Positions 1 to 9,257 of a DNA stretch of 64,000 bases are shown in pieces. The notes below the pieces were generated by a model. That model had not been told where the DNA came from. It saw nothing but the letters and a program-made list of their open reading frames with translations, and ran no database searches. The translations under genes were made by a program, and so were the position numbers. Source of the DNA: Anaerolineales bacterium (GTDB lineage: Bacteria > Chloroflexota > Anaerolineae > Anaerolineales > Villigracilaceae). The stretch's first letter is position 1. Each line of letters starts with the position of its first letter. The stretch is taken from NCBI GenBank assembly GCA_043788255.1, contig JAYVUA010000080.1, positions 7,488-71,487 of the forward strand. The letters are read 5' to 3'.

Positions 1-4
1 ACGT

Positions 5-907
5 ATGGGGGCGTTGGCTCTGGATGCCTTGCTTGGACAAACTGGTGAAGGCGATAAATGGAGTCAGGGCTGGGTGACTGAAGTGATCAGCCCGGTGCTT
101 TCGAAGGTGATGGCGTTGGAACTTTCGCCTTGGTTATTCTCGGCCATGCACCAGGAACGCTTCGTGGACATGAACAAATGGATCGAGGAGAAAGCCTGGA
201 TCGTGCTGCGTTTGCCATCGGGCGAGATGGGTCGTGAAGGCGCGCGCTTGACGGCAGGTGTCTTGTACAACGTTTTCGATGCCGCCTATCGCCGCGCGAC
301 CCTGGAAAAACCTGTGCCGTTTTATTTCATCGTGGATGAAGCACAGGAGATCGGTTCAGGTATGCGCTTGGAGTCCATGCTGGCGGAGGGAGCCAAGTTC
401 GGCGCGCGCATGTTCGTCTTGGCACAGTCCTTATCCATGATGCGCAAGGTGGAAGGTATGGAGCCGGTCGTGCAGGCCATGCTGGCGAATACCTCCACGC
501 AGATGTTCTTCTCGCCGGATCCCGAAGATGCTGACTTGATCCGCGCTACGCTGAGTTCCACGGTGCGCTATGGAAACATGACGCTTGATCTGCCCTCTTT
601 GCAGTGCTGGTTGCGTGCGCGTATTGGCGGTCGCTGGCAGCCGCCGACCTTGACGCAGATCAAGCCCTTACCGCGTGCAGATGCTAGTCGGGTAAAGGCA
701 TTGATCGAGGAAGTGATCGCTTCACATCCTGAAGATTATCTGCCCGCCGATGGCTGGCAGGAAAAGGCCTCCAAAGCTTTGGAGGAAATGCTTCCGCCGG
801 CATTATCCAAACTATTGGATGAATTCCTCGCGGTGCGTTTGGAAAACCAGGAAGCAAGGGTTTCGCAGCCCGCGCCACAAGATGACGACCGCAGGCTGGG
901 TTTCTGA
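5..907 (+). CDS. Type IV coupling protein (VirD4/TraD/TraG-like) C-terminal part; 5' end outside window
   Basis: Walker-B-like FYFIVDEAQEIG followed by LAEGAKFGARMFVLAQSL and AMLANTSTQMFF, typical of the TraD/VirD4 C-terminal domain. Confidence 0.8.
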   Translation: MGALALDALLGQTGEGDKWSQGWVTEVISPVLSKVMALELSPWLFSAMHQERFVDMNKWIEEKAWIVLRLPSGEMGREGARLTAGVLYNVFDAAYRRATLEKPVPFYFIVDEAQEIGSGMRLESMLAEGAKFGARMFVLAQSLSMMRKVEGMEPVVQAMLANTSTQMFFSPDPEDADLIRATLSSTVRYGNMTLDLPSLQCWLRARIGGRWQPPTLTQIKPLPRADASRVKALIEEVIASHPEDYLPADGWQEKASKALEEMLPPALSKLLDEFLAVRLENQEARVSQPAPQDDDRRLGF

Positions 908-1022
908 TGACCGGGATGATTCTGCGTTTTCTTTTTCTGTTCTGCGGCGGCACGCTGGGCTGTGCAATTACGGCCTTCGGAGTCTTATATTTTGCCTGGG
1001 TCATGTCCCGGCATGACAATGG

Positions 1023-1367
1023 TTGGGAACGATGAATGATATGCAAGTTCTGATTGAACAAATGGTCTCAGATATATCCAGTCAAACTGTGCGGTTGGGT
1101 GAGGTGCGCCTGCAAAAGTTTCTGGAATGGTTGAAGTCTCATAGCAGCAAGGTAAAGACCGTGGAACAGGTTCGCGTTGAAGTCGCAGTTCATGTTGAAG
1201 GAAGTATCGATGATCGTCTCAAAAATGATTTGAAGAGATGGTTTGAGTCGTTACCCATGCCGGGTTTGCTTTGGGAATATCACCTGATCCTGAATGAGAT
1301 TGCCTGGTGGCGTGATCTCGATCCGCGTTCGCTTGCCCGAATCCTGCGATCTGAAGGGAGCGAGTGA
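1023..1367 (+). CDS. Hypothetical protein (start could be 1032)
   Basis: 114-aa ORF, co-directional and tightly packed with neighbours; no motif recognised. Confidence 0.65.
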   Translation: MGTMNDMQVLIEQMVSDISSQTVRLGEVRLQKFLEWLKSHSSKVKTVEQVRVEVAVHVEGSIDDRLKNDLKRWFESLPMPGLLWEYHLILNEIAWWRDLDPRSLARILRSEGSE

Positions 1368-1368
1368 A

Positions 1369-1536
1369 ATGCTTAAACTCCTGATCGGATTTATCGCCGG
1401 ATTGTTCGTGGGCTTTCTATTGGGGTTTGTGCTTCCGATTGAGGTTTTCTATATCGCCTGCATCATTCTTGTCCTGCTGGCAGTATTGTTGTTCTTCTTT
1501 TTTCATTTTGGATTGCGCGATTTTCAGGAATATTAA
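1369..1536 (+). CDS. Small hydrophobic membrane protein (55 aa)
   Basis: ATG at 1369 right after the upstream stop, SD-like gaagggag; two hydrophobic segments [15 protein letters not shown]...LLFFFFHF. Confidence 0.65.
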   Translation: MLKLLIGFIAGLFVGFLLGFVLPIEVFYIACIILVLLAVLLFFFFHFGLRDFQEY

Positions 1537-1553
1537 TCTCGCAGGAGTTTGGT

Positions 1554-3740
1554 ATGCAACGTGTGAAAATTGGCTTTATTTCATCTTTACTTTCTGTCAT
1601 CATCCTGCTGACGGCGGCCTTTACAAACGCCGCTCCGCTATCTGCAATTGTGATGAATGAAGGTCGAACGTATGACCAGGCGCATGACACCGGCTACATC
1701 GATTGGAGCGGTTCTGCGCAGTATGTGGTTGTCACACATAAAGATGGTTCCTCTCTACTCCCGGAGGAAGGTGGAGCATCTTGTAATTCAAGTTGTACAG
1801 AGTGGGTCACACGGCTCGGCAATGGAGGTATGGCGAGTGGTTCATTTGATCGAGATGTTTCCTATTTTGAGATCATGGTGGAATTTACCCGTGATTCCAA
1901 TGTGGGAAGTGCGACACTTCGCGCTTGCTCGGCTGTCAGTACGTGGTATTTGTATAACAGTGGGGGCAGTCTGCCTGGGTATGTAAGCATGGTTTTAACC
2001 GTGCCGGCAGGCTGCCGGTCGTGGTCGATCTCAGCTTCTGGTGGTTATGTGGACTTTCGGTCTGTCGATGTGAACTACAGCGGACCACCCTCCACACCCA
2101 CCTTTACGTCTACTCCATTACCAACTTTTACACCCTCTGCAACACGGACGCCAACGCTGATCCCTACATCTACCTTCACACCTACTCAGACATCTACACC
2201 AACATTCACATCCACAAATACTCTGACGCCGACACCTACGCAAACCTTCACTCCGACCAACACTTCGACGCCAACCTTTACACCTACATTTACTCCGACC
2301 AACACACCCTCTCCGACTCCAACGCCGTTACCGCCAGTGATCGTTGGGCAAGTGGTCTGCGACCTTTGGGGAGATGCAGGCTGGTGCAGAGGAAGCGAGA
2401 CTTTGGTGTTGACTGCCAGCGATCCGCAGGGATTTGATGTCACTATCAGTGGAGACTTAAATGGAATTCCATTCTCATGCGGAAGCGCCTGCAATCTACC
2501 CTTGCCGGAAGGAAGGGGAACTGCCAGTTACCTGGTTACTTCAACCAGCGGACGGACAGCAAGTGGATCGTCCACATGGCAGCGGGATGGCACGCCACCA
2601 AACCTCAATATTGTTCTTCCGCCGCTGGATGGAAGGAATGGATGGTATGTCTCAGAAGTGGATGTGTCGGCAACGGCAATGGATGCGGTTTCCGGTCTTT
2701 ATTCATTGTCAGGAAGTACGGATAATGGCACGACTTGGGTTTTATTCCCGATTCACCTCACGGATGGAGTTCATCCAGTAGTAGCTCATGCGCAGGACAT
2801 CGCTGGAAATGAAGGTTTGGAATCGGAAGCGGTCCACGTGGACACGGTTCCTCCTGTCTCACAATTTACATCTCATTCAAATGGAGAGGTGGTGAAGGGA
2901 AGCGTACTGTTGACGGGAAGTTTGGAAGATATGACCTCAGGCACAGATGGCGGTGAATTATCTATTGATGGCGGGATCACATGGCAGGCGGTGTCAATGG
3001 GAACGGGTGATACCTGGTCTTTTACCTGGCAATCAAATGAAGTGCCAAATGGCCAATATACATTGCAAATGCGCGGGGTGGACCAGGCCGGCAACGTGGG
3101 TGATCCAGCTTCCATTACTTTGGTTGTTGATAATGGTCCACCTGCTGTTTCCATTACAGAACGTTGGTGGATATGGGAAGCTGGTGAGCTAAAGGTTTCC
3201 CCCAGCCACTTTCCACTTGCCAGTGTACAGGTGACCATACGTGATCCGCAAAATCGCTGGCCGGCAGTGGTTTTGAATTTTGATCCTGATAAGGGTACTG
3301 ACTCCATATCCTGGAATCGGCGCTTTGCGGATGGAACCCTGGCTCCCTCTGGGGAATATCCTGTTGTGGCGGTAGCTTGTGACATTCACGACCTGTGTGG
3401 AAGTGATAGGGGAATCATCGCGATTCCAACGATGGCCACCTCGACCGCTATCACAACGCCATCGCCGACTGCAACAATGACACAGACTCCCTACGCTACA
3501 TCCACGGCGACACAAAAGCCGCCGACACCAACACCAGTGTTGGTCACCCCGTCGCCTCAAAATGTCTCCGAACCTGTCCGACCTTCGTTCCCGTTCTGGC
3601 AGCTACTTGGGTTGCTGGGCTTATTCATGGTAATCGCGTCTGCCAGTTTGGTTGATCCCCGCCCTGCGGCATTAGATCGGCTGAAGGAGAGCATCAAACT
3701 GCTACTTGTAAAGAACAACGGCTCATCGAAAGATGATTAA
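1554..3740 (+). CDS. Secreted surface protein with Thr/Pro-rich linker, Ig-like (Big) repeats and C-terminal membrane anchor
   Basis: N-terminal signal peptide; TPTFTPT repeats; D-x-A-G-N / VDTVPP / VDNGPP Ig-like motifs; C-terminal [18 protein letters not shown]. Confidence 0.8.
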   Translation: MQRVKIGFISSLLSVIILLTAAFTNAAPLSAIVMNEGRTYDQAHDTGYIDWSGSAQYVVVTHKDGSSLLPEEGGASCNSSCTEWVTRLGNGGMASGSFDRDVSYFEIMVEFTRDSNVGSATLRACSAVSTWYLYNSGGSLPGYVSMVLTVPAGCRSWSISASGGYVDFRSVDVNYSGPPSTPTFTSTPLPTFTPSATRTPTLIPTSTFTPTQTSTPTFTSTNTLTPTPTQTFTPTNTSTPTFTPTFTPTNTPSPTPTPLPPVIVGQVVCDLWGDAGWCRGSETLVLTASDPQGFDVTISGDLNGIPFSCGSACNLPLPEGRGTASYLVTSTSGRTASGSSTWQRDGTPPNLNIVLPPLDGRNGWYVSEVDVSATAMDAVSGLYSLSGSTDNGTTWVLFPIHLTDGVHPVVAHAQDIAGNEGLESEAVHVDTVPPVSQFTSHSNGEVVKGSVLLTGSLEDMTSGTDGGELSIDGGITWQAVSMGTGDTWSFTWQSNEVPNGQYTLQMRGVDQAGNVGDPASITLVVDNGPPAVSITERWWIWEAGELKVSPSHFPLASVQVTIRDPQNRWPAVVLNFDPDKGTDSISWNRRFADGTLAPSGEYPVVAVACDIHDLCGSDRGIIAIPTMATSTAITTPSPTATMTQTPYATSTATQKPPTPTPVLVTPSPQNVSEPVRPSFPFWQLLGLLGLFMVIASASLVDPRPAALDRLKESIKLLLVKNNGSSKDD
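2090..2335 (+). repeat. Degenerate Thr-Pro coding repeat (linker)
   Basis: Translation TPTFTSTP...[20 protein letters not shown]. Confidence 0.8.
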
Positions 3741-3771
3741 TTAATAAATCAAATTAAAAGGAGTTAGGAAA

Positions 3772-4320
3772 ATGGAAATAATTCTTGCTATTGTAGTGGG
3801 TGCTGCTGTGATCTTTTTTGGTGTATTGATTAGCATGGGCAATGAACGGCAACGAAAGGCAATCGATGGCCTGCATGAACAAATTATCTTATGGGCCATG
3901 CAGGATCTGCGTATAAAGCGCGAAAGGCTTGCGCGTGATGTGCAAGTAAATAATCCCATCGAATGGCTCAATAAAATAACCGCCAAAGTTAGTGGTTTTA
4001 ATTTGAATTTGCAGGTTGTTGAGTTTTTCGATAACCCCCAGACGCTTGTGTGCGCTTCCGCTGATGGAACTAACAAGGTGATTTTCAGCCCCTTATCTCC
4101 AACTGAAACTCATCAAATTAATCGCAACAAACGCAGCCGACTTTCCCAGTATTCGGATCGAAATCCATTACTATCAATATCGCGCCATGTTCAAGTTTAT
4201 GAATTGTCAGTATTAAATGGCGGCATTCTATTTGATCTGGAGTTACCTCTTGCATGGAAAAGCTTAACCAATCAGGAGATAGAACAGATTGAGCGCCTTT
4301 GGATGTACAGGCCAAATTAG
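3772..4320 (+). CDS. Hypothetical protein with N-terminal membrane anchor
   Basis: 182 aa; RBS aaggag upstream; hydrophobic N-terminus; AT-rich. Confidence 0.75.
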   Translation: MEIILAIVVGAAVIFFGVLISMGNERQRKAIDGLHEQIILWAMQDLRIKRERLARDVQVNNPIEWLNKITAKVSGFNLNLQVVEFFDNPQTLVCASADGTNKVIFSPLSPTETHQINRNKRSRLSQYSDRNPLLSISRHVQVYELSVLNGGILFDLELPLAWKSLTNQEIEQIERLWMYRPN

Positions 4321-4323
4321 GAA

Positions 4324-4365
4324 TAATAAAGGTGACCCTGAATTATTCATGGGTCACCTTTATTA
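4324..4365. terminator. Bidirectional intrinsic terminator between convergent blocks
   Basis: 15-bp perfect inverted repeat taataaaggtgaccc / gggtcacctttatta. Confidence 0.85.
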
Positions 4366-4384
4366 CATGCAAAAGATCCGATTA

Positions 4385-4614
4385 TTACTGCTCAATTTGG
4401 TATCCGACATCCACCCATGCTGGTGTACCGCCTTCCAGCATTCAGAGGTTTATATAACCCTGATTTAACTAGGTGGAGATTGCCATTTTTGCCATGTCAG
4501 ATGTCAGGCAATACACCAGAAATTTGGCGTCTTTTTCCTGAGGAAGTTGATCGAGGTTTTTCTCAATCTGATCATCAGCGAGACGTAAATCAGTTTGAGA
4601 GATGTGACATTGAT
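4385..4614 (-). pseudogene. Rhodanese-like pseudogene (paralog of 19653-20066)
   Basis: Minus-strand translation HISQTDLRLADDQIEKNLDQLPQEKDAKFLVYCLTSDMAKMAIST*LNQGYINL*MLEGGTPAWVDVGYQIEQ* aligns by eye to NIADTDLSIPYDEI...LPVDKNAKIVFYCRSGRMS...GYTNIWNVTGGMVEW; two in-frame stops, 5' part lost. Confidence 0.8.
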
Positions 4615-4626
4615 CTTATTATCTAA

Positions 4627-5448
4627 TCATCTCGCCTTTATTGGGCTGGTTTTTCGCCTTTGAGTAAGCACAATGGAAATAATAACCGCCAAATAGCTCA
4701 AATAGGCAACGACCTCAGTTAAAGATGGGTTGCCGTTGTACCCGACCAATGCTTTCAGAAGCAAACCCATCTCACTTTTGTCGCTCAAAACCCCATTGAT
4801 ATCCCAAAGATTCTCGATCACTGAGGGGATGACACCTGCTTCATTAAACTCATGAATTCCCAATCCTACCAACCCTGCCGCAAAAACAATCAACAGGATA
4901 TTTGTAGCGCCAAAGAACCCACGCAGGCTGAGTTTTATGGTGGAAGTAAATAACACCCATCCCAAAATCGTCGCGATTAACAGTCCAAGCAACGCGCCTA
5001 AAAAGGTTTGTAAAGGGCTGGATGTCAGCCTTGCGGCCAGTAGAAATAACGCCAATTCAATGCCTTCACGAAACACTGCCAGAAAGGCCAGAGCGAACAA
5101 AGCCTTCTGCCCATTCCTCAACGTTGCCTGGTTGGTTTGTTCCTCAATTTCATTCTTGAGGGTACTTCCATGATTCTGCATCCACAGGATCATCCAGGTG
5201 AGTACGCCGGCGGCAAGCAGCATGGCGACTCCTTCAAAAACCTCCTCGCCTTTGCCCTCAAATTCCATACCAAGTAAATTGAGTGCGATTGCTGCCAGGA
5301 AGCTCAACAACACCGCCAGCCCCACCCCGCGCCAGACAACACCATTCAATTCTGTGCGTTTTATTTTGAGCAATACTCCCAACACGATTCCAATTATGAG
5401 GGCGGCTTCCAACCCCTCTCGCAGAGATAATAGAAAACTTGCAAGCAT
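4627..5448 (-). CDS. FTR1-family iron permease (EfeU/FtrC-like)
   Basis: Two RExxE motifs (LREGLE, FREGIE); ~7 TM segments; YNGNPS C-terminal motif. Confidence 0.92.
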   Translation of the reverse strand: MLASFLLSLREGLEAALIIGIVLGVLLKIKRTELNGVVWRGVGLAVLLSFLAAIALNLLGMEFEGKGEEVFEGVAMLLAAGVLTWMILWMQNHGSTLKNEIEEQTNQATLRNGQKALFALAFLAVFREGIELALFLLAARLTSSPLQTFLGALLGLLIATILGWVLFTSTIKLSLRGFFGATNILLIVFAAGLVGLGIHEFNEAGVIPSVIENLWDINGVLSDKSEMGLLLKALVGYNGNPSLTEVVAYLSYLAVIISIVLTQRRKTSPIKAR

Positions 5449-5469
5449 TGTATATAAACCTCCAGGTTT

Positions 5470-5934
5470 TTATGGGATCCAATTGGACAACACGTTCACA
5501 ACCAGATCTGGATTTGCGGGGTCATTTGTTTTGAGATGAATCCCAAAGTTGTGCGGACCATCCATCCCTTCGTGCATCATGAAAATAGCAGATTCAACGA
5601 TCGTGCTTTCGCCAGGCTTGAGTACCATCGAACCGATGGTAAGTTGAGGGGGTCAGCATCCCTCCAGGACTTCAACGAACGGTTCTTCCTTGAAACGCAG
5701 CACGCCGTCGCCTGTGTTGGTGACTTTTATCGCAAAGGTTTTATTGACTCCGAATTTCACATCGCCATAATCAATCCTTTGCTGATCGACTGTAATGAAT
5801 GGCGTTCCACCACCATCTCCGCCGCCTCGATTAGCGAAGAAGAAAGCAGCGATGATTAACAGGACACCGCCAATAACTACAAGTGCCCAGGGAAAACTTT
5901 TCCTTTGTTTTTGTCTCTTAATTTTTTTGCTCAT
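5470..5934 (-). CDS. DUF1573-like Ig-fold membrane-anchored protein, probable selenoprotein (in-frame TGA at 5655-5653)
   Basis: ORF track stops at ...VEVLEGC*, but the frame continues PPQLTIGSMVLKPGESTIVESAIFMMHEGMDGPHNFGIHLKTNDPANPDLVVNVLSNWIP to TAA at 5472-5470, just before the FTR1 RBS; hairpin 11 nt after TGA. Confidence 0.72.
5623..5641 (-). promoter_or_regulatory. Candidate bacterial SECIS element
   Basis: mRNA UGA-CCCCCUCAACU-UACCAUCG-GUU-CGAUGGUA: perfect 8-bp stem starting 11 nt after UGA, G-first apical loop. Confidence 0.65.
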
Positions 5935-5943
5935 AGTGCCTCC

Positions 5944-6945
5944 TTAATTGTCATATTCAAACTGGAACGAATATAGGTATGCGATCAAATCCCAGATTTG
6001 TTCTTCGGTGAAAATCGAGCCCCACATGGGCATGCCTGTCCCCATGCCGCCGCGCAGGATCTTGCCCTGTAATAATGCGGGACTGGCACCGAGCATCCGT
6101 GTTGGGTTTGTGAAATTAACAGGCGCCTGCATCATCATATTGTCTGCCCCTGTCATTGTCTGCATAGATGATGCACCCACCGCTTGCAGGTCATCGGCAA
6201 AGACTCCGTCGCCTGCACCGTTCTCGCCGTGACAGGCGGCACAGTTTTGGGTATAGAGTTGTCCTCCATTTGTTAGTGATTCTTTTGTTGTATTCGATTG
6301 CCAGATGTAAGCAACCACATCCCATCGTTGTGTTTCAGTGAGTGAAGTTCTATTCAGTTCATCGAATACTTGATAGGGTGAGCGTGTGCGGTAGTAATCA
6401 GCAGATCGGTCAATTAGCAAATTGGTTACTAACTTCTGCCCGCTGATTGCTGACGGTTGACTGCTCGGAATAACAGGCGCGTTGTGAGGAGCGTCAAGGT
6501 TGAGGTCGAGGGAAACATAAAGAGGTGGAGAAACAGGCTCAGGAGCCTGTCCTGAGCTTGTCGAAGGATCCGAGGGTGAACCGCCGACTTCTATCGTGCC
6601 GCGCATCCGCCAGTGATTGAGTCCGCACCAGCGCGTGCAGAAGAAGGTGTAAATCCCAGGCTTGTCAAAGATCAACGTAAGGTCAGTCACTTTGCCAGGC
6701 AGGATATCCACGCCTTCCATTTCCATCTGACCAACTGCAAACCCATGAACAACATCATCAGAGGTGAAACGTAAATGAAGCGGTTCGTTGACGTCCGCCT
6801 GAATGACATCGGGATTCCACCCGCCATTTTCCGACACTTGGGCATGGATCAGCGGTGTGCTTGACCAAAAGAAAAGCGGCGCGCCAATGGCAAGAAAAAT
6901 CCCTGCGATGATTAAGATGCGTGAGAGGAGTTCCGAACGCTTCAT
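5944..6945 (-). CDS. CuA-type cupredoxin (COX II-like) + cytochrome c fusion protein
   Basis: Start ATG 6945 overlaps upstream TGA; DVVHGF...FFCTRWCGLNHWRM CuA-like motif; CAACH heme-c motif with distal GMPMW. Confidence 0.85.
   Translation of the reverse strand: MKRSELLSRILIIAGIFLAIGAPLFFWSSTPLIHAQVSENGGWNPDVIQADVNEPLHLRFTSDDVVHGFAVGQMEMEGVDILPGKVTDLTLIFDKPGIYTFFCTRWCGLNHWRMRGTIEVGGSPSDPSTSSGQAPEPVSPPLYVSLDLNLDAPHNAPVIPSSQPSAISGQKLVTNLLIDRSADYYRTRSPYQVFDELNRTSLTETQRWDVVAYIWQSNTTKESLTNGGQLYTQNCAACHGENGAGDGVFADDLQAVGASSMQTMTGADNMMMQAPVNFTNPTRMLGASPALLQGKILRGGMGTGMPMWGSIFTEEQIWDLIAYLYSFQFEYDN
6545..6567. repeat. REP-like element (CCTTCGACAAGCTCAGGACAGGC) inserted in frame in the interdomain linker
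   Basis: Minus-strand sequence encodes PSTSSGQA; recognised from memory as a widespread short interspersed repeat. Confidence 0.55.
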
Positions 6946-8273
6946 AGGAGTAACCAGAGCATGACCAGTGTGGTGATGAAGCAAAATACGATGACAGGAG
7001 TTGAGGATGCTTTTATTTCGTTCGCGGCTTTTTGCGCAGTGCGCGCAGACCAGATCAAGCCGCCAACCAATGCAAGTGTTTGCGCGGGTGCAAGAACGGA
7101 CGTGAGCATCGGTTGCCACGCGGCGTTTGCCGTGCCGAATAAATCCCAGCCGAGACCCAGCGGATCGGAGAGAGCGGCGATGATGTAGGATGCATTGGTT
7201 AACACGAAAGATAAGCTGAATGCAACCCAGAACATCAAGCCGAGAGGAATGAGGGCTGTTGCAAGAGAAGCAAATCGTTGTTTCAGTGGAAGGGGGCTTT
7301 TCGTCTGTAGGATGCCAAGTGTGAAGAGTCCAGGAAGAACAACAAAGATAATCGCAAGAAAAATAACGGCATATATAAACCATGCGCTTGTACCAACATT
7401 GTATGCCGCATCTTTAAGTATGCCCCACGGACCAAGTAGTACACCCGCGTAGATCATTGCCGAACCGAGCATGATGAAGGCTTTGAAGGCTTCGTCCATT
7501 CGTGTGGATGGTTTGGCAAGGTCGGCGGAGAAAGGGCGCAAGTTGACGGCAATGTTGTCATGCGGACAGGTGCGGATACACTCCATGCACAGACCGCAAT
7601 ACGTGTTCTTCGTCAAACCTCCAGGAAAGACATCCCAAGGGCAGCCATATCCATTGGCTGAACCATTGTAGCAGGGCTTACCTTCACAGGTCACACAGAC
7701 CTGCTTGTCTTTGATTCGTAATTCGATGGGAGCAGTCTGGGAATACAAACCGATAAATCCGCCAACGGGACAGAGATAACGGCAAAAGGCGCGGCGTTCG
7801 AAGATGGTGCTCAGTCCAACGGCGGCGAAGAGCATGGCGGCAAGGACAATGCCCGTGATGTTTGGAGTCGTGAGCAGGACACTGCTGAAGAGAGCCAACA
7901 GAAGGAATGAAATATTTTGCAACCAGATGTTGCGGAACAATTTTGGCACACGCAAGTTGAGCCATTTCGGTTTTTTGTCAGGTGGAGCAAGTATCGCACC
8001 GCGTTGCAGCCACTCACCAGGCAATGGAATTGGACAGACCGCGCACCAGCCGCGTCCGAAAAATGGGACTGCAACGAGAATGAGGATAGCCCACCATGCG
8101 ATCCATACAAAGACAATGCTGAAGTTGTGACTTCCAACAGGCGTGCCGATAAGGCCTGCAAGAATGGCAAAGATATACCCAACCAGCATAACGATAAATA
8201 CGGCTAGTTGAGGATAGTGGCTCTTCAACGCATTTTTTATAAAGGGGATACGGGTAAGTTCGATCTTCGCCAT
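6942..8273 (-). CDS. Membrane polyferredoxin (4Fe-4S binding; NapH/NosR/FtrD/YccM-like)
   Basis: GRGWCAVCP, RAFCRYLCPVGG, CVTC...C, CGLCMECIRTCPHDN plus multiple TMs. Confidence 0.88.
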   Translation of the reverse strand: MAKIELTRIPFIKNALKSHYPQLAVFIVMLVGYIFAILAGLIGTPVGSHNFSIVFVWIAWWAILILVAVPFFGRGWCAVCPIPLPGEWLQRGAILAPPDKKPKWLNLRVPKLFRNIWLQNISFLLLALFSSVLLTTPNITGIVLAAMLFAAVGLSTIFERRAFCRYLCPVGGFIGLYSQTAPIELRIKDKQVCVTCEGKPCYNGSANGYGCPWDVFPGGLTKNTYCGLCMECIRTCPHDNIAVNLRPFSADLAKPSTRMDEAFKAFIMLGSAMIYAGVLLGPWGILKDAAYNVGTSAWFIYAVIFLAIIFVVLPGLFTLGILQTKSPLPLKQRFASLATALIPLGLMFWVAFSLSFVLTNASYIIAALSDPLGLGWDLFGTANAAWQPMLTSVLAPAQTLALVGGLIWSARTAQKAANEIKASSTPVIVFCFITTLVMLWLLL

Positions 8274-8283
8274 AATAATAGAA

Positions 8284-8727
8284 TTAAGTTTTTTGCTTTA
8301 TGGAAATAATCACACCAACAACAGCCAGCAGGGCCAACCCAATGGAACGAAATAACCAGTGATTGGAGCCCACGTTCAACTTGCCGATCATGAAAGGGTG
8401 CATTGCACCACAAGTCACATTGCATCTGAAGCGGAACGAGCCTGGCTTATCGGCAACGAACGATAAAGTTTTGGTCTGACCAGGGTCGGCTTGAATGGAA
8501 ATATCATAGCCATCCATATACAATCCATGCACCACATCTGTACTGACAAGTTGAATATTCACTGTGTCACCAGGGTTGACTTTAAGCTCGTAGGGAGAAT
8601 ATGCAAATTGTCCCGCTTCAATCCGAAAGGTCCGCTTTTGAGGCGTGATGGGCCGAACTGGCAGTGGCGCAAAAGCCACTACCAGACCAGCCATGACAAG
8701 GAGGAGAAGAGTGAAGCGCGGGTTCAT
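8284..8727 (-). CDS. CuA-type cupredoxin with N- and C-terminal TM
   Basis: DVVHGL...FRCNVTCGAMHPFM; ATG 8727 four nt after the upstream stop. Confidence 0.85.
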   Translation of the reverse strand: MNPRFTLLLLVMAGLVVAFAPLPVRPITPQKRTFRIEAGQFAYSPYELKVNPGDTVNIQLVSTDVVHGLYMDGYDISIQADPGQTKTLSFVADKPGSFRFRCNVTCGAMHPFMIGKLNVGSNHWLFRSIGLALLAVVGVIISIKQKT

Positions 8728-8731
8728 CAGC

Positions 8732-9178
8732 TTATGGAATATTGGAAGGTCCGTACTTGGCGTAGGTAGCATCCACATATGCCCTGGCTTTTGCAGGCGT
8801 CTGCCCCTCTTGCAACATCCGCATAACATCCTTGGTAATATCTACACAGATCGAACAGCCAAGTGCATGATTATCGAATTTTATAGTACCCTGTGCATCT
8901 ATATCTGAAACATAGCAGTCATAATTCGATGTATGTCCAATATCGCCACAGCCGCAATAACAGGGAATATCTTTCATTATGTCAGGGTTGATGGAGGCAA
9001 ATTGATAAGCCTCCTGTACTGCCACAGGCGCGGCTTGCACGTCCGCAGGCATTTGATCCATCGGCATCATGTAAAGATGGACATCACTTGATTTTGAAGT
9101 TGAACAGGCGGAAATTGCAGTGGACAACAAAACCGCTATGAGTGAAAGAAATAAAAATTTGCGTGACTTTGAAATCAT
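8732..9178 (-). CDS. PCYCGC-motif lipoprotein
   Basis: Lipobox AISAC; IPCYCGCGDIGH..NYDCY and CSIC motifs. Confidence 0.88.
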   Translation of the reverse strand: MISKSRKFLFLSLIAVLLSTAISACSTSKSSDVHLYMMPMDQMPADVQAAPVAVQEAYQFASINPDIMKDIPCYCGCGDIGHTSNYDCYVSDIDAQGTIKFDNHALGCSICVDITKDVMRMLQEGQTPAKARAYVDATYAKYGPSNIP

Positions 9179-9257
9179 ATTGGGACTCCAGTATCGGATA
9201 GCCCAATAGTAGTCTGATAGTTCAATAGTCTCCAGCGCAGGATAGCGTAATGGCGTA

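Noticed and set aside
2090-2335. Periodic sequence as a CRISPR array or DNA tandem repeat
   Set aside because: Degenerate at the DNA level and explained by Thr/Pro codons; no spacers or cas genes. No CRISPR, tRNA or rRNA was seen in the window.
4454-4456. In-frame TGA in the rhodanese remnant as a second Sec codon
   Set aside because: It aligns to Trp of the intact paralog (TGG to TGA), and a TAG and 5' loss also occur, so this is a pseudogene.
5536-5859. 107-aa plus-strand ORF
   Set aside because: Antisense shadow of the DUF1573-like gene and its read-through extension.
6945-7383. N-terminal extension of the 479-aa ORF
   Set aside because: It overlaps the polyferredoxin gene in another frame; ATG 6945 coupled to the upstream stop is the likelier start.
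5944-8727. CuA domains as nitrous-oxide reductase or cytochrome c oxidase subunits
   Set aside because: No NosZ catalytic domain and no heme-copper oxidase subunit I in the window.
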